DNA of 60,605 nucleotides from positions 1 to 60,605 of the forward strand of contig JAWABL010000006.1 of assembly GCA_038884615.1 (NCBI GenBank), given 5' to 3'. The notes under the pieces are model-generated. The model saw nothing but the letters and a program-made list of their open reading frames with translations. It was not told the origin of the DNA and did no database searches. The position numbers and the translations under genes are program-made. Below are positions 47,542 through 55,189 of this stretch, in pieces. The first letter of the stretch is position 1; each line of letters begins with the position of its first letter. The stretch comes from Candidatus Woesearchaeota archaeon. Its GTDB lineage: Archaea > Nanobdellota > Nanobdellia > Woesearchaeales > DSVV01.

Positions 47542-47705
47542 TGGGCCCAGCCGGATTTGAACCGGCGACCTCCGCCGTATCCAGCATAACATTCGCTGGC
47601 AGACCAGCGATGCATGTGAAGGCGACGTCATACTAGCGCAAGAGATACAGCACTATACAAAAAGGCGCTGCATGTTACACTCCTATGCCGCTAGACTATG
47701 AGCCC
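47542..47705 (-). tRNA. tRNA-Val(CAC) with two introns (D-loop 47633-47686; 37/38 position 47578-47614)
   Basis: Splicing gives GGGCTCATAGTCTAGCGGCTATGACGTCGCCTTCACACGGCGGAGGTCGCCGGTTCAAATCCGGCTGGGCCCA; both junctions form BHB-type motifs. Confidence 0.9.
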
Positions 47706-47863
47706 ATATATGCGCTGCAAAAAATATTGCTAGTATTTAATATTTATTAGACAAAAAGTTTATTAAACTAGATTTATTAGAGATTGACTCACTTCTAGTA
47801 TTATCTTATCAATATTATTTTTAGTTATTAAGATTCCATATATCACATTTAATAGTTCTTGTA

Positions 47864-48460
47864 TCATTTAATAGCGTTTAATATCCCATGAGGTAATGGC
47901 CCTTTAGTGCATCTTAACAGTTTCCGTAAAGATGGGCCAGATCTCCTTAGGATATGCTCGCAAAAATTGTGGGTATAATTGCTTAAAGGCTCTGTTTTTA
48001 TGGTCAGCATACCGGACCTGTTACCCAGCACAACATCAAGAATGCTATCTCCTATCATCACAAGATATTTTCCTTCGCATTTGAAATGTCTTTCAATGTA
48101 TCCTGCACCACACGGTTTTAATATCCGGTGTCTTATTACAGGAACTTCAAGTCTTTTTTCAAGCAAATCTGCGCCCCCCGAGTCATATTTTGTACCAACG
48201 CCATCTGAAAAAATAGCGACCGCATCACCAAAAATATTTTTTGATTTCTCAAAGGCATTTTTTACGCGCGGATGCAATTCGTATGAATGAGGCAGTGTAA
48301 GGGTATTATCTTTATCATAAACAATACCACAGAAACCCTTTTTTTCCAGCTCAGAAAAGTTAATGTTATCTATTGTTTCAACCCTAAGATGAGGGACTGT
48401 CAATTCTTTTCTAAATAAAGCAACATAAGGAAGCATTACTAAAGCATAGCAATTAAGCAT
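47864..48460 (-). CDS. HAD phosphatase, YqeG/PGP-phosphatase (Gep4-like) family
   Basis: DKDNTLT motif I, KP, MIGD...DV..GN..G. Confidence 0.8.
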   Translation of the reverse strand: MLNCYALVMLPYVALFRKELTVPHLRVETIDNINFSELEKKGFCGIVYDKDNTLTLPHSYELHPRVKNAFEKSKNIFGDAVAIFSDGVGTKYDSGGADLLEKRLEVPVIRHRILKPCGAGYIERHFKCEGKYLVMIGDSILDVVLGNRSGMLTIKTEPLSNYTHNFCEHILRRSGPSLRKLLRCTKGPLPHGILNAIK

Positions 48461-48727
48461 ACCATTAGGAGGACTATAGATGTTTATTAAATTTTTGGAT
48501 TCTTTTTATGAACAGAAATAAAGCCAATATAAGGAAAGATGGCATATAATAATTTTTATGTCCTAGGGCAAAACAGACTAAATGGAGGCAAAATTAGATA
48601 AGAGTAGAATAAAGATAAAACAATATTTAAAAATTCAGAATAAATTTAGGGTTATAAAGTATAAATAAGAACAGAAAGAATACAATGAGATTGTAATTAA
48701 ATGTGAAGAAAGGGTGAAGAATTAAAG

Positions 48728-49321
48728 ATGAAAGGCAAAAAGGGCATGCGAACGGAAAAATCCGCTGGAGTTGTAATATTCTACGAGGGTGAAACTACCA
48801 ATAAGCCAACAAATGAAATAAACACAAAAATAAATCATGGAAAAAAAGAAAGAGTAGTGGAGAGTAATCAAAAAGCAGTTATGTGCGCTGAAAGAAAACA
48901 GGGCTGCACAAATAGGAAGTACCTTATACTGAACTATACTGCTGGCCACTGGGATTTTGCAAAGGGACATGTAGAGAAAGGGGAAAGCCTACTTAACTGC
49001 GCAAAAAGAGAGGCGTATGAAGAAACAGGATTGTCAGAGCTTTTTTTTGTTCCAAAATTCAAAAAGAAGGTAACATATTTCTTCAGAAAGAATGACATGC
49101 TTGTGAAAAAGAGTGTCGTATTTTTCCTTGCAAAAACCTGCAAAGTAAAAGTAAGGTTAAGCTTTGAGCATAAGAAATTTGAATGGCTTGAATATGAAGA
49201 AGCTATGAAAAAACTTACATACCAAACTGCAAAAGATGTTCTTTCTGCTGCCGAGAATGCACTCATAAAAATGCAACAATTAAAAACAACTAAAAATGAA
49301 AACGCAAAACGAGCATATTAA
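48728..49321 (+). CDS. Nudix hydrolase, bis(5'-nucleosyl)-tetraphosphatase-like
   Basis: SAGVV, HWDFAKGHVEKGES...AKREAYEETG, LSFEH. Confidence 0.88.
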   Translation: MKGKKGMRTEKSAGVVIFYEGETTNKPTNEINTKINHGKKERVVESNQKAVMCAERKQGCTNRKYLILNYTAGHWDFAKGHVEKGESLLNCAKREAYEETGLSELFFVPKFKKKVTYFFRKNDMLVKKSVVFFLAKTCKVKVRLSFEHKKFEWLEYEEAMKKLTYQTAKDVLSAAENALIKMQQLKTTKNENAKRAY

Positions 49322-49423
49322 AAATTTTAAAGAATATTTTATAAAAACAAAAAGTATATAAAGTAGTTTAATCTTGCAAATTCTTAATATGAAAATCATT
49401 TTTTCTGGCGGTGAACCTAGCCA

Positions 49424-50461
49424 ATGAATAGAATGAGAATTGCTGTTCTCTCAAACTTCTTTTCTGAACACAAGAACAAAGAAGTAGAGATAGATTTAAT
49501 GATGACTGCTTCTGCTGTGAAGAACGCGCTTGAAGACTTCGGCCATGCTGCCGAGATTATAGATATAGATGAATCCGCCTTTGAACGGCTCAGAAATTTG
49601 AATATAGACCTTGCTTTTAATGTATGTGAAAGGTATAAAGGTGCAAGCATTTATGAGCCGCATGTCGCCGCGATGCTTGAACTTTTTGGAATACCTTACA
49701 CAGGTTCTGGGCCATTCGCACTTTCCTTGTGCATGAACAAAATAAAAGTAAAAGAAATTCTGATGCAAAACGGCATTCCAACACCAAAATATCAAGTATT
49801 TTACTCGCCTAATCAAACAATAAGAAAAGATCTTAAGTTTCCACTGATTGTAAAGCCAAGCTGTAATGATAACAGCATAGGTATAGACAACGACTCTGTT
49901 GTTGAAGATGAAGCGTCCCTAAAAAGGCGCGTACGACTTGTACTTGCAAGGTTTAAGCAACCGGTCCTTGTTGAGGAATTCCTGCATGGCAGGGAGTTTG
50001 CAGTGGGGATTATGGGAAACTCAAGACCGGTCGCGCTTCCAATCTCAGAGTTTATATACTCTGTGCCAGACAATCTCTATCCTATACTAAGCTATGATGC
50101 AAAATGGCTTCCAAACACTGAGATATATAAGGGCTCTGTGGAAGTATGCCCCGCACAAATACCAAGATACCTTGAACAAAGAATGAAAAAGATTGCGATT
50201 GATGCATTCAGAATTCTGGAAGTTAGAGACTATGGGAGGATAGACGTAAGACTTGCTGATGATGGAACACCAATGGTGCTTGAAATGAATCCAAATCCTG
50301 GCATTAGCATAAACAACACCCTGCCAAAAGCAGCACTATCACTTGGGCTCAGCTACAATGATATTATACATGAGATACTTATAGCTGCTCTTGATAGGTA
50401 TAACTGGCAACACTCGCTAAAAAGCAGACTTGAATCCTATAAATTGGTAGCTAAAAACTGA
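49424..50461 (+). CDS. D-Ala-D-Ala ligase-like ATP-grasp enzyme
   Basis: GIPYTGS, FPLIVKP, S.GI, VEEFL.GREF, YDAKW, YGRID.R, LEMNPNPG. Confidence 0.88.
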   Translation: MNRMRIAVLSNFFSEHKNKEVEIDLMMTASAVKNALEDFGHAAEIIDIDESAFERLRNLNIDLAFNVCERYKGASIYEPHVAAMLELFGIPYTGSGPFALSLCMNKIKVKEILMQNGIPTPKYQVFYSPNQTIRKDLKFPLIVKPSCNDNSIGIDNDSVVEDEASLKRRVRLVLARFKQPVLVEEFLHGREFAVGIMGNSRPVALPISEFIYSVPDNLYPILSYDAKWLPNTEIYKGSVEVCPAQIPRYLEQRMKKIAIDAFRILEVRDYGRIDVRLADDGTPMVLEMNPNPGISINNTLPKAALSLGLSYNDIIHEILIAALDRYNWQHSLKSRLESYKLVAKN

Positions 50462-50472
50462 TTCTTTTCAAA

Positions 50473-51369
50473 ATGAGAGTCATTTATGATATTGAGAAGA
50501 ACGCAGGTGTAATAGAAAGGTGCATTTCAAAGCACGGCTTTCTGCCTGAACATAACTACCACCACTTTGCCTGTCTGAAAAGCCCGAACAAAAAAAGGGT
50601 CTTCTTTATGTTTGAGAAAGATACCGGAGTAATGGTAAGCATAAGTAAGAATCATGTATGGAAAGTTATTGCAGAACCACTTGCTCCTAAGGAGCTTCGT
50701 TGTATGATATTGCACAAAATTTTTGAGTATGCATTAAAAAGAGGAAGCAAAGTGGTGGTTGAAGTTAGTGAAGAGATGAAAAATGAACTAATAGCCTCCA
50801 TTTCCTATAGCAAAAAGTTTAAGAGCAGACCTATTAACTATATATTATACTGGCCTGTTTACAATCTCCAGGAGTTTGATGAAAGGCTTGAAGGAAAAAA
50901 CTGGAAAAAAATAAGAAATATAATAAACAAATTTAGAAAAAGCGGTGCATGTATAGTACCAGCCAAATGCTTGACAAAAGAAAGCCTGCACAATCTTGTA
51001 GAGATATGGGCAAGAACCAGAAAAATAAGAGATAGAATTAATTTAAGATATTATCACAATATTATTAATTCTAACTTTAATGGTTTTGATGATGCACATA
51101 GTGTTGTTATTAGAGATACGCCTGTAGCATTGACGGGCGGCTGGAAGATACCAAACAGCAAAGATTACTATTCTTGTCTTGGAATAAGCGACCATAGAAT
51201 TAATGGTGTGTCTGAGTTTGCTAATATAAGCGAACTTTTATTGGCAAAGAAAAAAGGATACAGTAAGGTTGATTTTGGAGGAAGCGACCAACAACTCCTT
51301 AATTTTAAAAAAAAGTTTAGACCTAAAGAGATATACAAGACATATGTTTTTAGCATAGTCAAAAAATAG
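50473..51369 (+). CDS. DUF2156 / aminoacyl-phosphatidylglycerol synthase C-terminal-like protein
   Basis: L.GK.WKKIRN.INKF, G.SEF, VDFGGS...L.NFKKKFRP; no TM flippase part. Confidence 0.7.
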   Translation: MRVIYDIEKNAGVIERCISKHGFLPEHNYHHFACLKSPNKKRVFFMFEKDTGVMVSISKNHVWKVIAEPLAPKELRCMILHKIFEYALKRGSKVVVEVSEEMKNELIASISYSKKFKSRPINYILYWPVYNLQEFDERLEGKNWKKIRNIINKFRKSGACIVPAKCLTKESLHNLVEIWARTRKIRDRINLRYYHNIINSNFNGFDDAHSVVIRDTPVALTGGWKIPNSKDYYSCLGISDHRINGVSEFANISELLLAKKKGYSKVDFGGSDQQLLNFKKKFRPKEIYKTYVFSIVKK

Positions 51370-51849
51370 ATGAGAAAAATGATTAGGCGACTAAAGCGAA
51401 GCGATATAGATTTGATAACAAACTTCGCAAAAAGGACCAAGAAATTCAGAAAAAAAGAGATTAAGGAGCTCAAAAATAGCCTAGAATATGCATTCAAAAA
51501 CGAAGGGGAGTACTATAAAGCAAAATGTTATGTTGAAAACGGCTCTGTAAAAGGTGTAGTTGTGTATGGTGAGACATACCTTACTACTGCAACTTATGAT
51601 ATATACTGGATTATTGTTGACCCATATGAGCAAGGAAGAGGGATAGGAAGCAGACTTCTTAAGCACGCTGAAAAAAAGATAATTGAAAGAGGTGCGAAAA
51701 TAATAATCCTGAATACATCATCAAAAAAAAGTTATAGGGCTGTTAGAAAATTTTATGAGCATAGAGGATATAAGATTGAAGCAAGAATAAAGAACTATTA
51801 TCGCAAAAGAGATGACCTTCTTATTTATGTTAAAAGGATAAAGAATTAG
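51370..51849 (+). CDS. GNAT acetyltransferase
   Basis: YWIIVDP..QGRGIGSRLL, FYEHRGY, NYY...DD. Confidence 0.9.
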   Translation: MRKMIRRLKRSDIDLITNFAKRTKKFRKKEIKELKNSLEYAFKNEGEYYKAKCYVENGSVKGVVVYGETYLTTATYDIYWIIVDPYEQGRGIGSRLLKHAEKKIIERGAKIIILNTSSKKSYRAVRKFYEHRGYKIEARIKNYYRKRDDLLIYVKRIKN

Positions 51850-52051
51850 AAAAAAGCAAATACAAAGAAGAATAGATACAAAACATATGATATATAACAT
51901 GAAATATATAAAATAATAAGATACTATAAAATAATAAGATACATGATATGCAGAGATAAGATAGGTAAAATAATAAAGATAGATAAAAACAATATAGATG
52001 CTTTTAATCAAGACCAATAGTTTTATATACCCTTTTGTTGCCTTCCTAGCT

Positions 52052-54541
52052 ATGCCAACAGACAAAGAAATTAAAAGAGAATTTAAACTGCTCGCAAGCA
52101 AAGAACCAGATAGATTTTATGCTACCTCGGTGCTAAAAGAAGAAGGATTTATGAGAAGGCAATGTAAATGCGGAACATTTTTCTGGACGGTAAATACCGA
52201 GCAGATGACCTGCGGGGATCCTGCTTGTTCAGGCGGATTTCGCTTTATAGGCAAAAGCCCTACAAAAAATGAGATGGACTATATACAAGTATGGCAAGAG
52301 TTTTCAAAATTGTTCACGAGACTTGGATATACTCCAATAAAAAGGTATCCTGTTGTTGCCAGATGGAGAGACGACACGGATTTTGTTCAGGCAAGCATTT
52401 ATGATTTTCAGCCATATGTTGTATCTGGCGAGGTAGAGCCTCCTGCAAATCCGCTTGTTGTGCCTCAAGTGTGCCTTAGGTTCAATGATATAGACAATAT
52501 AGGAATAACAGGAGCACATTATTGCGCGTTCGTAATGATAGGACAGCATGCTTTTATGCCTGAAGAAAAATGGAACCAAGCAAAAGTTTTCTTAGACATT
52601 TATACTTGGCTAAAAGAAGGACTCGGACTTCCGAACGAGGAAATAACCTTTCATGAAGATGCATGGGCTGGCGGAGGAAACTTTGGGCCGTGTATGGAGT
52701 ACTTTTCAAGAGGCCTTGAACTAGGAAACCAAGTTTATATGCTGTTTGAACAAACGCCAAATGGGCCAAAGCCACTAAAGTTAAAAGTGCTTGATATGGG
52801 CATGGGACATGAAAGAAACGCATGGTTCACAAAAGGAAAATCAACAAGCTATGAAACAACATTTCCCACTGTAGCAAAGAAGTTGTATAACATTACCGGA
52901 ATAAAGGTTGATAAAGAGCTCATGCAGAAATTTCTACCTTACTCAGGCTATTTGAATATAGACGAAGTGGAAGACATAAACAAGGCGTGGGCTAATGTTG
53001 CAAAAAATATCGGAGTTGATGCAAACGAACTAAAAAACAAAGTTCTTCCTCTAGCTGCATTATATTCTGTTGGTGAACACAGCAGAGCACTCTTATTTGC
53101 ACTCTCAGACGGTGCTCTGCCTTCCAATGTTGGCGGCGGATATAATCTTAGAATGATACTAAGAAGAGCGCTATCCTTCATAGAAAAATATGGATGGGAT
53201 ATTGATATGGGAGACCTTGCAGAGTGGCACGCCGAGTATCTAAAACCTTTATTCCCAGAGCTCTCGATGAACATGGAACAGGTAAGAAAGATACTTGATG
53301 TTGAAAAGAGGAAATACATGTCAACTAGGGCAAAGTCAATGCAGATTGTGAAGCAAATAATGAGCAAAGAAATTGACAGTAATCTGCTTGTCCAGCTTTA
53401 TGATTCACAAGGGATATCCCCAGAGGTTGTTAAAGAAGAGGCTGAACGGCTTGGAAAAAGAGTGGATGTGCCTCAAAACTTCTATACATTAGTTTCAGGG
53501 ATGCATGAGAAAAAGGAGCAGCTACATGCTACACAAAAAGCAGATAAGCTTGATGTTGAAGGCATACCTGATACAAAGGTTCTGTATTATGACGATTATA
53601 CGAATGTTAATTTTGAGGGTATTGTTTTAAAAATTATAGGAAACAAAGTTATTCTTAACCAGACTGCGTTTTACCCAACTTCAGGTGGACAGATGAGCGA
53701 CACAGGTATACTTGGAGGAGAAAGAGTTAATGAGGTCATTAAGCAAGGTGCTATAATAATACATGTTCTTGAAAAAGAACCGAGCTTTAGTGTAGGAGAT
53801 AGTGTAACTGGTAGGATTGATTTTGAAAGAAGAAAACAGCTTGCTCAGAATCATACTGCAACTCATATTGTGAACGCGGCCGTAAGAAAATTACTAGGAA
53901 AACATATCCACCAAGCTGGAGCAAAAAAGTCACCTGAAAAAGCACATCTAGATATAACACATTATGAAAGCCTCAGTAGTCAAGAGCTTAAGGAGATTGA
54001 AGAAGAGTCTAATAGGATAGTAAAGAGCAATGCGCCTGTGAAAAGCTTCTTTCTTCCAAGAACAAAAGCAGAACAAAGATATGGAATGGAGATATACCAA
54101 GGCGGAGCAGTTCCTGGAAAGATAATAAGAATTGTTGAAATTGAGGGTACAGATGCAGAGGCGTGTGGCGGCACACATCTCCACACCACATCTGAGGTTG
54201 GCGAAATAAAAATTCTAAAATCTACAAAGATACAAGATGGAATTGTAAGGATAACATTTACAACAGGAAGAACGGCATTGTCTGCAAAAAATTCTGAAGC
54301 AAACTTGATTTTAGAAGCCGCATCTCTATTAAATTGCAAACCAAGCCAAGTTCCTGCCAGAGCAAAAGAGCTGTTTGATAAATGGAAATCTGCTAAGAAA
54401 GGCAAGCTTGAAAAATTTGAACTTGTTTCAAGCGAAGAATTCAATGGAGATGCACTCACTGAAACCGCAAGAATTCTTAAAACTCAGCCCGAACATATTG
54501 TAAGAACGATAAAAAGGTTTTTAGAAGACATCAAAAATTAA
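52052..54541 (+). CDS. alaS: Alanine--tRNA ligase, archaeal type
   Basis: RWRDD...ASIYDFQP, WAGGGNFGP, GGGYNLR, FYPTSGGQ, HTATH, CGGTH editing motif. Start probably at ATG 52052 (TATA about 25 bp upstream; ORF track starts at 51998). Confidence 0.96.
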   Translation: MPTDKEIKREFKLLASKEPDRFYATSVLKEEGFMRRQCKCGTFFWTVNTEQMTCGDPACSGGFRFIGKSPTKNEMDYIQVWQEFSKLFTRLGYTPIKRYPVVARWRDDTDFVQASIYDFQPYVVSGEVEPPANPLVVPQVCLRFNDIDNIGITGAHYCAFVMIGQHAFMPEEKWNQAKVFLDIYTWLKEGLGLPNEEITFHEDAWAGGGNFGPCMEYFSRGLELGNQVYMLFEQTPNGPKPLKLKVLDMGMGHERNAWFTKGKSTSYETTFPTVAKKLYNITGIKVDKELMQKFLPYSGYLNIDEVEDINKAWANVAKNIGVDANELKNKVLPLAALYSVGEHSRALLFALSDGALPSNVGGGYNLRMILRRALSFIEKYGWDIDMGDLAEWHAEYLKPLFPELSMNMEQVRKILDVEKRKYMSTRAKSMQIVKQIMSKEIDSNLLVQLYDSQGISPEVVKEEAERLGKRVDVPQNFYTLVSGMHEKKEQLHATQKADKLDVEGIPDTKVLYYDDYTNVNFEGIVLKIIGNKVILNQTAFYPTSGGQMSDTGILGGERVNEVIKQGAIIIHVLEKEPSFSVGDSVTGRIDFERRKQLAQNHTATHIVNAAVRKLLGKHIHQAGAKKSPEKAHLDITHYESLSSQELKEIEEESNRIVKSNAPVKSFFLPRTKAEQRYGMEIYQGGAVPGKIIRIVEIEGTDAEACGGTHLHTTSEVGEIKILKSTKIQDGIVRITFTTGRTALSAKNSEANLILEAASLLNCKPSQVPARAKELFDKWKSAKKGKLEKFELVSSEEFNGDALTETARILKTQPEHIVRTIKRFLEDIKN

Positions 54542-54583
54542 ATTCTAAGAATAGAAAATTTTTATGCTACAATTGGCGGATAT

Positions 54584-54994
54584 TTAGGAAGAGGTTTTAA
54601 TCTCCTTTTTAAGCTTTTGAAAGTGACTAAAATTAGTGTCTTTTTCTACATTCCGCATTAAGAGGTAAAGTCCTGCTAAAACTTCATCCAGTTTAGTTGT
54701 GATATCTTTGGATTCCTCTGTCCTTATGTAACTAAGGTCATTAGGCAGATTCAGCAGACAGTCAATTTCCTTAAGAGAGCCATAACTGTAAGTAAGAAAA
54801 AAACAGAAATTCCTTGCTTTATGCTCTTGTGCTTCCTTATGCGATATTGCTCCCAAAGCTAATTGATGCACGCTTAATCTGTTCAAGCATCTTAGAAGTC
54901 TTATGGAAGGGTATTTCTCGGATAGACTATATAAATTCAAAACAAGACTATAAGATTTTGACCAGATTTTAAATTCTTTGTAATTACTTCACAT
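54584..54994 (-). pseudogene. Four-helix-bundle protein (23S rRNA IVP family) pseudogene
   Basis: Across frames: M*SNYKEFKIWSKSYSLVLNLY / EQIKRASISFGSNIA*GS..*SKEF / FLTYSYGSLKEID..L...DLSYI. Confidence 0.8.
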
Positions 54995-55189
54995 TAGGTG
55001 GGGTTTTCAGCCTTTAAATCTTAATAAAGCTATTGCTATTTCTTTAATTATTTTTTCCAACAGAATGTAAATTTTTTAGAGAATTTTTCTATATTGTTTG
55101 AAATTATAAAAATGATAATAAAGATTTAGAATTTAAAATGATAATGATAAAAAACTACAATAAATAAAATGAAAGACCGTGCATAAAGA

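Noticed and set aside
49424-50461. ddl as evidence of peptidoglycan synthesis or bacterial origin
   Set aside because: No mur genes, and the flanking alaS, tRNAs and rRNAs are archaeal. The symbol is withheld.
210-54459. Numerous 60-160 aa antisense or alternate-frame ORFs nested in long genes
   Set aside because: Shadow ORFs of motif-bearing genes with no independent signals.
54584-54994. Avd gene of a diversity-generating retroelement
   Set aside because: No reverse transcriptase or TR/VR repeat pair was seen, and the gene is decayed.
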